From UHGV virus genome UHGV-0199997: a stretch of 43,953 nucleotides of DNA. One strand, given 5' to 3'. This DNA comes from a virus. A program made the position numbers and the translations under genes. This document shows positions 25,976 to 34,575 of this stretch, piece by piece. The notes beneath the pieces are model-generated. The model saw only the letters and a list, made by a program, of their open reading frames with translations, did no database searches and was not told where the DNA came from. Numbering within the stretch: the stretch's first letter is position 1; the number at the start of each line of letters is the position of its first letter.

Positions 25976-26456
25976 TGGATTGCAGTTCAAAAAAGCGTGG
26001 GAAAAGTTTCGCGGAACTGCGTACAAAGCAACAAAGAACGAAAAATACTGGACTATAGGCTGGGGCCATACCGGGCCTGATGTGTACGAAGGGCAGAAGA
26101 TTACCGAAGGCCAGGGACTTCTGTTACTGAACCGTGATATGCAGTGGGCGGTGAAAGCAGTCGATGACGTCGCACATCCCTCCCTGACCCAAGCCCAGTT
26201 TGATGCCGTCGTTGACCTGGTGTTCAACGCAGGGACTGGCGTGATTGCGGCTACGACAGGGACGGGTAAGGCACTACAGCGGGGAGACATCCCTACCCTA
26301 CGGCACAAGATGAGTCAGTTCATTAACCAGCGCAACCCTAAGACCGGTAAACTTGAACCTGTTCTGGGCCTGCGCCGTCGCGTAGCGGGTCGTCTGGCGC
26401 TGTTCGACGGTAAACCGTGGCGGGAGGCAGAGGCTATCGGGAGGGCTGTTAAATGA
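25953..26456 (+). CDS. endolysin, phage lysozyme family (GH24-like)
   Basis: RBS GGAGGA before GTG 25953; the N-terminal E...TIGWGHTG block and the overall pattern match P22 gp19 / T4 lysozyme-type muramidases. Confidence 0.75.
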   Translation: MSRNISDNGLQFKKAWEKFRGTAYKATKNEKYWTIGWGHTGPDVYEGQKITEGQGLLLLNRDMQWAVKAVDDVAHPSLTQAQFDAVVDLVFNAGTGVIAATTGTGKALQRGDIPTLRHKMSQFINQRNPKTGKLEPVLGLRRRVAGRLALFDGKPWREAEAIGRAVK

Positions 26457-26669
26457 TGGACGAATACGAAGGTGTTTAGTATTCTGGTTAGGCCAAGTTT
26501 TTCGTATTTGCTAATGGAGGCCGATATGGCACTGCAAGAGTTCACCAACCCTGTTAAATCGCGCGACGATATTGACGAGTCTGTCGGTTACGGCGAAGGT
26601 TGACACCTAAGACTAATCCGACGATACTTAAATCACCTCCTGTTCCATCCCTCTACTCTCCAGTTTTAT

Positions 26670-26700
26670 CCCGGCCCTGACCTAGCCGGGATTTTTTTTA
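26670..26700 (+). terminator. rho-independent terminator
   Basis: CCCGGC-N9-GCCGGG hairpin followed by a T8 run. Confidence 0.7.
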
Positions 26701-26721
26701 TCTATTTTCTATAATGACTAG

Positions 26722-26750
26722 TTGACTATTATCTACGACCCTACTATATT
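26722..26750 (+). promoter_or_regulatory. sigma70-like promoter (TTGACT-N17-TATATT)
   Basis: Good -35 and -10 hexamers with 17-bp spacing, immediately after the terminator and ~35 bp upstream of the gene at 26785. Confidence 0.55.
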
Positions 26751-26784
26751 TACTCCATCGACAACGAGAACGGAGTAGAGAGAA

Positions 26785-26973
26785 ATGATGACTAAGATTA
26801 AGCATACCGATAACTGGGGCGATTTCATGGAGATAGAGAAGTGCCGGGACGGGACATTACTTATAACTTGTACAGACGGAGATAGCGACGAATCGGTTAG
26901 TGTTAACGTGAGTATGGGTGATTTTATGATTATTGTTGAGCAAGTGGCGTCTTTTTACGGAGATGATAAATGA
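26785..26973 (+). CDS. hypothetical protein (62 aa)
   Basis: RBS GGAGTAGAGAG before the ATG; acidic small protein. Confidence 0.5.
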   Translation: MMTKIKHTDNWGDFMEIEKCRDGTLLITCTDGDSDESVSVNVSMGDFMIIVEQVASFYGDDK

Positions 26974-27119
26974 AAATCACAGATACCGAAGCATTTGAAG
27001 ACGCACAACTGATGGCACGTATTGCCGTTAGCAACCTGGGCAGCAATATCCCGTCGGACGCGTTCTGGTCCGCGGCGATGCAGGCACTTAAAGCAGCTTA
27101 TGCAGGAGAGAAGAAATGA
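26970..27119 (+). CDS. small protein (49 aa), not in the ORF track
   Basis: ATGA overlap start; MKITDTEAFEDAQLMARIAVSNLGSNIPSDAFWSAAMQALKAAYAGEKK. Confidence 0.4.
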   Translation: MKITDTEAFEDAQLMARIAVSNLGSNIPSDAFWSAAMQALKAAYAGEKK

Positions 27120-27270
27120 GCTAACAAAGTCCAGCAAGCCGGCCATTACGAGTAGGCCGTAAAGTTAGTCACACCCCGTTCCCGACACGCGAGGAACTGA
27201 TGAAACGTAACAGTTTCCCTGGGCCGGACAAGAACAAGTATCTCAATCGCATGTGGGGAGAGCGTAAAGA

Positions 27271-27441
27271 ATGAAAAAGTTAATTGCAGACGTTGAGCTT
27301 GGCGATGTTATCCGTATTGATGATGACTACGGCGGCTACGACGTAGTGGCGAAGCGCATCGAGTGGGATTTTATGTTGCCGTTTGTCACGATTAACCGTG
27401 AAATCATGTTCGCTAAAACTGATTGGGTAGAGGTTCGATAA
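27271..27441 (+). CDS. small protein (56 aa), not in the ORF track
   Basis: RBS GGGGAGAG before the ATG; MKKLIADVELGDVIRIDDDYGGYDVVAKRIEWDFMLPFVTINREIMFAKTDWVEVR; its stop TAA overlaps the next ATG. Confidence 0.4.
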   Translation: MKKLIADVELGDVIRIDDDYGGYDVVAKRIEWDFMLPFVTINREIMFAKTDWVEVR

Positions 27442-27638
27442 TGACTGACCGTGAATACGAAAAGATGATGGTAGAGGCTGTTAACGGCGGTGTAGACATC
27501 GGTCACGTGATGCACGTCCTGAATACTAAAATTTCGGTAGCGGAGCAAATGGTTGAGTCGCTTTACGAGACACGCCGCGAACTGATTAACCGCTTCAACC
27601 TGAACAAAGTCTTGGGTGACGGGCATGAAAGCGCCTGA
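27441..27638 (+). CDS. hypothetical protein
   Basis: ATG 27441 within track ORF 27423-27638. Confidence 0.5.
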   Translation: MTDREYEKMMVEAVNGGVDIGHVMHVLNTKISVAEQMVESLYETRRELINRFNLNKVLGDGHESA

Positions 27639-27807
27639 ACCAGTAGTTATCGATGGCGTCCTGTGGAAACCCTACTCTGTTAACCACATAGACGCTGACG
27701 GGAAGAAGTTCAGCTTCTACATTTTTGCAATTAGCCGGGAGCATGCCGCTTGTGTGGTCGACGATATCAGAGAAACGGCGTGGCTCGGTGATGAGATAGT
27801 GGGGTAG
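27616..27807 (+). CDS. hypothetical protein
   Basis: ORF overlapping the upstream 3' end; ATG 27625 is an alternative start. Confidence 0.45.
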   Translation: MTGMKAPEPVVIDGVLWKPYSVNHIDADGKKFSFYIFAISREHAACVVDDIRETAWLGDEIVG

Positions 27808-27809
27808 TT

Positions 27810-27980
27810 ATGTTCAGTGACATCAACGCTGCAATCGAAGAGGCGATATGGCGCCGCTACAACGGTGGGCAACAGCGGCACTTCTGCCTGGTGCAGCGCG
27901 GTAACGTGATTGCCGTGGTACAGGACCGCGATAACAAATATCCGAATGCGATGTGGACAACGAGGAATTTCTTAGGATGA
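27810..27980 (+). CDS. small protein (56 aa), not in the ORF track
   Basis: MFSDINAAIEEAIWRRYNGGQQRHFCLVQRGNVIAVVQDRDNKYPNAMWTTRNFLG; ATGA coupling to the downstream gene. Confidence 0.4.
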   Translation: MFSDINAAIEEAIWRRYNGGQQRHFCLVQRGNVIAVVQDRDNKYPNAMWTTRNFLG

Positions 27981-28213
27981 TTACCAGCATTCCGAACCTG
28001 ATTAAAGAATTTGGCACGATGGCCGAGACATGCCGACAAACCGGCATCAACGAGATGACGATTGCCAAGTACAGCAAAGACGTGGACTGTGAGCGCCACG
28101 TAATTTATAACAACCGTCTGATGACGCATGTTAAGACAAGCCCGGTGTTATTCACGCGCCGGGGCATCACTAAAACTGAGCAACGCATTGCTAAAGGGGA
28201 GAGTGGAGAATGA
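27977..28213 (+). CDS. hypothetical protein, possible HTH
   Basis: ATGA overlap start; segment ETCRQTGINEMTIAKYSK is HTH-like. Confidence 0.45.
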   Translation: MITSIPNLIKEFGTMAETCRQTGINEMTIAKYSKDVDCERHVIYNNRLMTHVKTSPVLFTRRGITKTEQRIAKGESGE

Positions 28214-28392
28214 TTGCGTTTTTGAAGGCACTTGATGCCGCAGGCAACCTGGTGTTTTGGCTGGCCTTTTTAGTTGTGCTGATAAAACAACCGACTTTGT
28301 TTAACAGTCTTCCTAGCCATCTGTGGTGGCCTATGTTTTTAGGCATGATTGTGTCAGGAGTGGCTGGTATCCTTTTGTGGTTTTTCAAATGA
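28210..28392 (+). CDS. small membrane protein (2 TM helices)
   Basis: ATGA overlap start; two hydrophobic helices (LVFWLAFLVVLI, MFLGMIVSGVAGILLWFF). Confidence 0.5.
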   Translation: MIAFLKALDAAGNLVFWLAFLVVLIKQPTLFNSLPSHLWWPMFLGMIVSGVAGILLWFFK

Positions 28393-28494
28393 GACTACTA
28401 ATCATCCCGAACGCCTGGGCTATCGCTGTAGCTAACGACCATTACGGCGGTGATGGTAAAAGAGCACCACGACACGGCCTATATAACTGATACA

Positions 28495-28519
28495 AGCCCT
28501 CTACGGAGGGCTTTTCTGT
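28495..28519 (+). terminator. rho-independent terminator at the end of the early operon
   Basis: AGCCCTC-TACG-GAGGGCT hairpin followed by TTTCTGT. Confidence 0.55.
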
Positions 28520-28611
28520 ACATCCAGCCCAATCCCCTTATATAATCCCTTTAGACGCGTAGGGCGCGTCTGGTGCGCTCTGATGGTCAGACGCATATGC
28601 AAGGGGATTCT

Positions 28612-29121
28612 ATGAAGCTGAAACTTAAGCAGCCATCGCCTGAGGTGGTGCAAGCTGCACATGAAGAAGCTGTTAGCGCAAACCGTCGCCGTAAACGCCC
28701 GCGCGGTAAACAGAGCCTTTATCAATCATCCCGTAATTCCGCCGCGTTGTGGGACCCGGACTATTGCGACGAACTGATTCGTTTCTTCGACCGCACGTCG
28801 TGGGAGCTTGTGCCTACGTCTAAGGGTGGCGAACGCCCCCTTATTCAGGATAAACCGCCATCACTGGCCCGCTTCGCCTTGCACATCGGCGTCACTATTC
28901 CGATTATTAAACTATGGCTGCGCGAGATTCCCGCATTTGCAGAAGCCTATGAAACGGCGCAGGCACTGGAAGAGGCGTACTTCACTGAGACAGGGGCCGC
29001 GGGCATCTCCGCTACGTTCGCTGCCGCTAAGTTGGGCCTGAATAAAACAGTTGTTGCTGAAGAAGTACGCGACGAGCCAATCAGCGAAGTAACAATTAAG
29101 GTGGTGTCCGGTGAACGTTAA
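28612..29121 (+). CDS. terminase small subunit
   Basis: Basic N-terminus with an HTH-like segment; directly upstream of and overlapping the large terminase gene; RBS AAGGGGA before ATG 28612. Confidence 0.6.
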   Translation: MKLKLKQPSPEVVQAAHEEAVSANRRRKRPRGKQSLYQSSRNSAALWDPDYCDELIRFFDRTSWELVPTSKGGERPLIQDKPPSLARFALHIGVTIPIIKLWLREIPAFAEAYETAQALEEAYFTETGAAGISATFAAAKLGLNKTVVAEEVRDEPISEVTIKVVSGER

Positions 29122-30382
29122 TATCACGGCGACGGAGCCACAAGGCGCATTTCTAGGTATGCATTGCAAGTTCCCGGCATTCGTGGCAGGCTTCGGCACC
29201 GGGAAGTCAGAGGTTATGTGCAACTCTGCACTACTCGACAGCATGGAAGGTGGTAGCGATTCTATCATCGCCATGTACGAGCCTACCTATGACCTGGTGC
29301 GCCTCATCCTTGCACCGCGTATGGAAGAAAAGCTGACGGACTGGGGTATCCGATACAAATACAACAAGTCTGACAACATAATCTATACGTCATCCAGTCA
29401 ATTTGGGGATTTTGTTCTGCGTACATTGGATAATCCAGCACGAATCGTAGGTTACGAGTCCTTTCGCGCAAAAATCGACGAGTTGGACACCCTTAACATG
29501 GAACATGCTGAGCACGCGTGGAACAAAGTCATCGCCCGTAACCGCCAGTTGCCGCGGACATATAAACCTATTACGCCCAAACCGGCTAATACCGTTTCCG
29601 TGTTCACCACGCCGGAAGGATTCCGTTTCGTACATGACCGCTGGGTTGTTAAAAAGAATCCTGGCTACGAGATGATTCAGGCATCCACCCTGTCGAACCC
29701 GTTCCTGCCGGAAGATTATGTTCAGTCATTGCGCGATACCTACCCGGGTCAGTTGATTGACGCCTACATTAACGGCGAGTTTGTAAACCTCACGGCTGGG
29801 ACGGTCTACTACGCTTACGACCGCAGGAAAAATAGTAGTCGTGAAACAATCAAGCCTGGCGAGACTCTGTATATTGGGCAGGACTTTAACGTAGGCCACA
29901 TGGCGAGCACAGTTTACGTGCAACGCGGGAAGGTGTGGCACGCTGTCGCCGAGTTGGTTGATATGTTCGATACCCCCGATGTAGTGCGGGCTATAACCGA
30001 GCGATGGAAAAGTAAGGGTCACTATATCGTTATGTACCCGGACGCCAGCGGCAAAAACCGTAAAAGCAACAACGCCAGTACCTCAGACATCGCCCAGCTA
30101 CAGCAGGCCGGTTTCGAAGTACGCGCTAAATCGACAAACCCACCGGTTAAAGACCGCGTATCTGCGATGAATAAGGCGCTTGAATCTGGTATGGTCATGA
30201 TTAACGAACAGGCTTGCCCAGTTACGGCGCGATGCCTGGAGCAGCAAGCCTACGACAAGAACGGCGAACCGGATAAATCCGGGGGCGTGGACCACCAGAA
30301 TGATGGAACCACATACCCTATCGCGTACGAAATGCCGATTCGCAAACCAGTTATTAACGTCCCGGTGACTTTCGCACTTTAA
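29111..30382 (+). CDS. terminase large subunit
   Basis: Walker A-like AGFGTGKS, Walker B-like IDELD, C-terminal RNase H-like nuclease region (GQDFN...D). Confidence 0.9.
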   Translation: MNVNITATEPQGAFLGMHCKFPAFVAGFGTGKSEVMCNSALLDSMEGGSDSIIAMYEPTYDLVRLILAPRMEEKLTDWGIRYKYNKSDNIIYTSSSQFGDFVLRTLDNPARIVGYESFRAKIDELDTLNMEHAEHAWNKVIARNRQLPRTYKPITPKPANTVSVFTTPEGFRFVHDRWVVKKNPGYEMIQASTLSNPFLPEDYVQSLRDTYPGQLIDAYINGEFVNLTAGTVYYAYDRRKNSSRETIKPGETLYIGQDFNVGHMASTVYVQRGKVWHAVAELVDMFDTPDVVRAITERWKSKGHYIVMYPDASGKNRKSNNASTSDIAQLQQAGFEVRAKSTNPPVKDRVSAMNKALESGMVMINEQACPVTARCLEQQAYDKNGEPDKSGGVDHQNDGTTYPIAYEMPIRKPVINVPVTFAL

Positions 30383-30394
30383 GAGGATTATTCA

Positions 30395-31876
30395 ATGTTA
30401 ACTATGAACGGTCAGAATCAGGGTGTTAAGACAAAACACCTGGAATGGCTACATCACTTCGATAAATGGCAGAAGGTACGCCACGCTCTGGAAGGCGACC
30501 TCATCCGTTATCTTCGCAACGTCGGGAAGAACGAGCCGGACCCTAAATATGCAGCACAGCGCCAGGAAGAATACGAGAATGGCGCTATCTGCTACAACTT
30601 CACAAAACGTACCCTGGCGGGGATGGTCGGCAGCGTTATGCGTAAAGACCCTGAGCAAATTATCCCACCTGAAATGGAGTACCTGCTACGCAACGCGGAT
30701 GGCTCAGGTGTCGGCTTGTGGCAGCACGCGCAGGACACGCTGATGGAGATTGACTCGGTGGGCCGTGGCGGTTTGCTGGTGGACGCCCCTGAGACTGCTG
30801 CTGCAACGGCGGCAGAACAGAACGCGGGGCTATTAAACCCGGTCATCGCGTTCTACACCGCGGAGAACATCATCAACTGGCGACTTACTCGCATCGGCTC
30901 AGTGAACCGCGTGACGATGGTTGTATTGCGTGAGGTATGGGAATACTCAGAACCTGGTGCAGAGTTCGAAACCAAGTTCGGTGAGCAATACCGCGTCCTT
31001 GACCTTATTGAAGGCCGTTACCGTCAGCGCATTTACCGCTTCGATGCCGAAGGTGGTGCTCAGGATGAGGTAATCGAAATATTCCCGGAACTCGGCGAAC
31101 AGTTACGCGGCAAAATCCCCTTCACATTCATCGGGGCAAGCAACAACGATGCAACCATCGACGACGCACCTTTGCTGCCGTTGGCTGAACTTAATATCGG
31201 ACATTTCCGCAACAGCGCGGACAATGAGGAGTCCAGCTTCGTTGTAGGCCAACCTACTCTGTTCATCGCCCCGGGAGAGAACATGAGCATGGAACAGTGG
31301 GCGGAAGCTAACCCGCACGGCGTGCGCATGGGGTCGCGTTCAGGCCATAACATCGGCTACGGCGGCAATGCGTTTCTGGTCCAGGCGGGAGAGAACAACC
31401 TTGCCAAGCAGAACATGCTGGATAAAGAGAATCAGGCAATCCAGATTGGGGCGCAGCTTATCACCCCTACGCAGCAAATCACCGCGGAATCGGCCCGCCT
31501 GCAACGCGGCGCTGACACCTCAGTTATGGCAACAATCGCACGTAACGTAAGCATGGCGTATACCGATGCGTTGCGCTGGGTAGCGGCGATGCTAGGGTTG
31601 CGTGAAGGCACAGAGATTGAGTTCAAACTGAACATGGAATTCTTCCTGCAACCGATGACCGCTCAGGACCGTGCACAGTGGATGGCGGATATTAACGCCG
31701 GTTTGCTGCCAGCTACTGCTTACTACGCGGCGTTGCGTAAGGCCGGTGTAACCGACTGGACTGACGAGGACATTCAGAACGCTATTGAGGATGCACCTCT
31801 GCCGAATGCTACGATGGTGCAAGGAGATATTCCGGCATCGGCTAACCCGCAAGACCAACAGAACCCGCCGCAATGA
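30395..31876 (+). CDS. portal protein
   Basis: 493-aa protein immediately after TerL; RBS AAGAGGA; acidic Q/P-rich C-terminal tail. Confidence 0.75.
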   Translation: MLTMNGQNQGVKTKHLEWLHHFDKWQKVRHALEGDLIRYLRNVGKNEPDPKYAAQRQEEYENGAICYNFTKRTLAGMVGSVMRKDPEQIIPPEMEYLLRNADGSGVGLWQHAQDTLMEIDSVGRGGLLVDAPETAAATAAEQNAGLLNPVIAFYTAENIINWRLTRIGSVNRVTMVVLREVWEYSEPGAEFETKFGEQYRVLDLIEGRYRQRIYRFDAEGGAQDEVIEIFPELGEQLRGKIPFTFIGASNNDATIDDAPLLPLAELNIGHFRNSADNEESSFVVGQPTLFIAPGENMSMEQWAEANPHGVRMGSRSGHNIGYGGNAFLVQAGENNLAKQNMLDKENQAIQIGAQLITPTQQITAESARLQRGADTSVMATIARNVSMAYTDALRWVAAMLGLREGTEIEFKLNMEFFLQPMTAQDRAQWMADINAGLLPATAYYAALRKAGVTDWTDEDIQNAIEDAPLPNATMVQGDIPASANPQDQQNPPQ

Positions 31877-31878
31877 GA

Positions 31879-31898
31879 AAGGCCCCGTGAGGGGCCTT
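31879..31898. terminator. bidirectional hairpin terminator
   Basis: AAGGCCCC-GTGA-GGGGCCTT stem-loop; U-rich flanks on both strands; separates the portal gene from a convergent minus-strand small gene. Confidence 0.6.
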
Positions 31899-31902
31899 AA
31901 AT

Positions 31903-32088
31903 TTAACAAGCTGATGTTGTCCAGTAATCACCATAATCATTTACGTAAAATTTCTTCATACCAGACCACCCGAAGTTCTTACATGTCTTTTTGAATCGCT
32001 TCATTACCTGTGTTCTTGTCAGCATCAAAACACTACCGTTTCCATCTCTTGCGAAATCTCCGCCGGACTTATATGGTTTCTTTTCCAC
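31903..32088 (-). CDS. small AT-rich moron protein (61 aa)
   Basis: Minus-strand ORF between portal and head-morphogenesis genes with its own upstream promoter element and downstream terminator; GTG start with RBS AGGGGG; clearly AT-richer than its flanks. Confidence 0.5.
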   Translation of the reverse strand: MEKKPYKSGGDFARDGNGSVLMLTRTQVMKRFKKTCKNFGWSGMKKFYVNDYGDYWTTSAC

Positions 32089-32109
32089 TTTTATGCCCCC
32101 TGTTTAAAT

Positions 32110-32145
32110 TAACCGAATAGTACCCTATTATATTGGTGTCTGCAA
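32110..32145 (-). promoter_or_regulatory. conserved promoter element (TTGCAG-N17-TACTATTC), minus orientation
   Basis: Member of the ~36-bp element family; drives the 61-aa minus-strand gene. Confidence 0.5.
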
Positions 32146-32189
32146 ATATTATTTTTATGCGTTACACTGGCGATACTACAGGAGGGCTT

Positions 32190-33233
32190 ATGAGCTTACT
32201 TACATCGCTAATCAGCCACCAGATATGGCTGCAACGCACCGCATCCGGCGAAGTGAAAGACCTTGCACCGTTTATTCAGGAGATGCGGGATGAAATCAAA
32301 CGGCAGGTGCTGTTATTCGGTGACGACGGGCGAAGCACAGCGCGCCTGAATAAACTGTTACGCGACCTCGAAGAAGCATTGACCGGACTTACGGGTGACT
32401 GGCAGACAAAGCTGACAGAAGACCTTAAGGAACTGGCAGCGTATGAGGCTGAGTGGAACGTAAAGACACTTACCGCCAACGTAAATGCGGAATTTGTTAC
32501 ACCTACCGCCGAACAGGTGTGGGCCGCCGCCGAGTTTCAACCGCTCTCATTAAGCGACAAACCAGTTGATTTCACCAAGCTGATGTCGGGCTGGGGTGAA
32601 ACAGAAGTCGCGCGCCTTGTAACCGGCGTTAAAATGGGTTTCGTACAAGGCCAAACCACACGGCAGATTGTTAAAAGCGTAGTCGGCGCTGGCGGACTGG
32701 CAGACATCTCGGAACGAAACGCAGCTACAGTAATACGTACTGCGCTGTCTCATGTGTCCAACGAAGCCCGTAACGAGACGTACCGCCAGAACGACGACAT
32801 CATTGAGAAATACGAAATAGTCGCCACACTCGACAGCCGTACATCAACAATATGCCGTAGCCTGGACAGGCAGGAATACGAAATCAGCAAAGGTCCGAGA
32901 CCCCCTTTCCATCCTAACTGCAGAACGACCACTGCGCCCGTAATCAGTTCCGAGTTCGATTTCCTGGATAAAGGTGCAAAACGCGCGGCTAAGGGTGCGA
33001 ACGGCGGTACTCAGGTAAGTGCGGACACCACTTACTACGAGTTCCTCAAACAACAACCGGCGTGGTTTCAGGACCAGGCCCTCGGCCCTGTTCGCGGTAA
33101 GATTTTCCGTAACAGCGGTATATCGCCGGAAGAGTTTCGCGTAATATCTGTAGATGGTTTTGGGAATCCGCTCACGCTTAAGCAGATGGCGGAACTCGAT
33201 AAACGTGTCGCTGATTATCTGAAAGGGGAATAA
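32190..33233 (+). CDS. head morphogenesis protein (minor head protein, SPP1 gp7 / Mu F-like)
   Basis: RBS AGGAGGG before ATG 32190; ~350-aa protein after the portal gene. The track start is 32133. Confidence 0.65.
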   Translation: MSLLTSLISHQIWLQRTASGEVKDLAPFIQEMRDEIKRQVLLFGDDGRSTARLNKLLRDLEEALTGLTGDWQTKLTEDLKELAAYEAEWNVKTLTANVNAEFVTPTAEQVWAAAEFQPLSLSDKPVDFTKLMSGWGETEVARLVTGVKMGFVQGQTTRQIVKSVVGAGGLADISERNAATVIRTALSHVSNEARNETYRQNDDIIEKYEIVATLDSRTSTICRSLDRQEYEISKGPRPPFHPNCRTTTAPVISSEFDFLDKGAKRAAKGANGGTQVSADTTYYEFLKQQPAWFQDQALGPVRGKIFRNSGISPEEFRVISVDGFGNPLTLKQMAELDKRVADYLKGE

Positions 33234-33694
33234 TGATGGGCTTTTTCAAAGTAACTGATGTACCGTCGCGTCGCGTAGTCCAGTACGCCCGCGTGTCTGG
33301 CTCCGGCGAGAACGTAGTATTTATTGAGGATGAAAGTGTACTAGGTACACCAGTAGACGATATGCCGTTTGCGGATAAGACAGGCATCGCACTTCCTGCG
33401 GCAGGTATGCTTTATGAGATTCCGTATCTGGCTGATGCGGGTGATGTGTATTTCTCCGAGCAACCGAAAGATGCGGAACTGGTAGACGGCAGCGCAACCC
33501 TCACTGTCGAAGTTAAAGCAGGTGAAGCGCCGTATACACTGACCTGGTACAAAGACGGTAAGGAAGTGGTAAACGCCCCGGAAGAGGCCTTGTCTCTGAC
33601 GGTCAATGCAGTTGGTGAATACTTCGTTAAGGTTACTGATGCCGATGGTGTAGATGCGGTAAGTAAAGCGGCGAAGGTTACTAAGCCAGAATGA
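33233..33694 (+). CDS. Ig-like domain protein (putative virion decoration)
   Basis: C-terminal Ig-like segment TLTVEVKAGEAPYTLTWYKDGKEV...GEYFVKVTDADG. Confidence 0.5.
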   Translation: MMGFFKVTDVPSRRVVQYARVSGSGENVVFIEDESVLGTPVDDMPFADKTGIALPAAGMLYEIPYLADAGDVYFSEQPKDAELVDGSATLTVEVKAGEAPYTLTWYKDGKEVVNAPEEALSLTVNAVGEYFVKVTDADGVDAVSKAAKVTKPE

Positions 33695-33697
33695 TAA

Positions 33698-33727
33698 AAG
33701 GCCCCTTATGGGGCCTTAATTTTATTT
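33698..33727. terminator. bidirectional rho-independent terminator
   Basis: AAGGCCCC-TTAT-GGGGCCTT followed by AATTTTATTT; shared by the convergent genes 33233-33694 (+) and 33722-34243 (-). Confidence 0.65.
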
Positions 33728-34243
33728 AAATCGCGCTGGCATTAGCACCATAAATGCAGTGTTTGAAAATGATATTTTGCATCCTCTGATTTGGTCCTGG
33801 AAATCGAAACGAGCGATTTCATTTTTGTATGCCTTAGAAATCTTGTGCGCGTCCGCCAAGTAGCGCAGGGTGAACCCTATGCTGTCAACCGCCCCCGGCG
33901 TGATGTGCGCCACACGTCTCCAGTCAGGAAACCTTCCGTCTACAACATCTACCGGAAGTGTACATATAAGCGCACGACTATCGTCATAGAAAGAAACGCT
34001 GCTGTTGTCGTGGTCTACTTCCGCGTAGTTAAATTTAGAAGGCTCTCTCCCTTTGATGTCTATGAGAACCGCATTCTCAACGTTTGTCTTAACGTTGTCG
34101 CAGAACAATCTATGACCGTCCGTAGACACTATCAATCCCTCCGGGTCTATGTAAAAAGCATTCAAATAATAGCGCACATCATTTTTAGCTCTGCATATTT
34201 TTGCCCCTACATACGCAGGGAAAGTAATTACTGTAGTAGCCAT
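33722..34243 (-). CDS. DnaN (beta sliding clamp)-like mini-protein
   Basis: 173 aa; VSTDGHRLF matches the conserved DnaN TDGHRL motif and the C-terminus FMVLMPARF matches the DnaN YVVMPMRL tail; own promoter element upstream; RBS GAGGAGGAG. Confidence 0.55.
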   Translation of the reverse strand: MATTVITFPAYVGAKICRAKNDVRYYLNAFYIDPEGLIVSTDGHRLFCDNVKTNVENAVLIDIKGREPSKFNYAEVDHDNSSVSFYDDSRALICTLPVDVVDGRFPDWRRVAHITPGAVDSIGFTLRYLADAHKISKAYKNEIARFDFQDQIRGCKISFSNTAFMVLMPARFK

Positions 34244-34264
34244 TTTAACTCCTCCTCGTTTCGA

Positions 34265-34300
34265 TAACTGAATAGTACCCTATTATGTTGGGGTGTGCAA
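34265..34300 (-). promoter_or_regulatory. conserved promoter element (TTGCAC-N17-TACTATTCAGTTA), minus orientation
   Basis: Member of the element family; immediately upstream of the DnaN-like gene. Confidence 0.5.
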
Positions 34301-34366
34301 ACTATTTATTAGCCTATTCCAGTTATTCCGCTCAATTGTAAATGTTGGAATAAACTATTCGAATAG

Positions 34367-34509
34367 TTGACTTTTCACTAAAAATATGCTAAGCTCCACC
34401 TGAGCTTGTGAAGTATGAACAAGCGACCGCGGCGCGGGCAGGTAACGGAGCGGGACGTAAGTCCTGAGTGTAGTTACGCTGACGCGTTCGGAAGGGCCAT
34501 ACTCTATTG
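34367..34509 (+). promoter_or_regulatory. promoter (TTGACT-N17-TAAGCT) plus conserved leader element, copy 2
   Basis: -35 at 34367-34372 and -10 at 34390-34395; conserved blocks at 34399-34432 and 34487-34509 are identical or near-identical to copy 1. Confidence 0.5.
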
Positions 34510-34575
34510 CTTGTGTAAAAAGTAACTGGTTTACTGAGATTACGCCGTTTCTATGTTTAAATGATAAGGACTAGC

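Noticed and set aside
25953-26456. Possible loss of the canonical catalytic Asp in the endolysin.
   Set aside because: Manual alignment to T4/P22 lysozymes is ambiguous around the E-x8-D region (a nearby Glu could substitute); needs a proper alignment.
26526-26603. 25-aa ORF after the endolysin gene with RBS GGAGG (and similar 24-aa ORF at 27200-27274, 33-aa ORF at 28389-28490).
   Set aside because: Too short to support from sequence alone; not reported as features.
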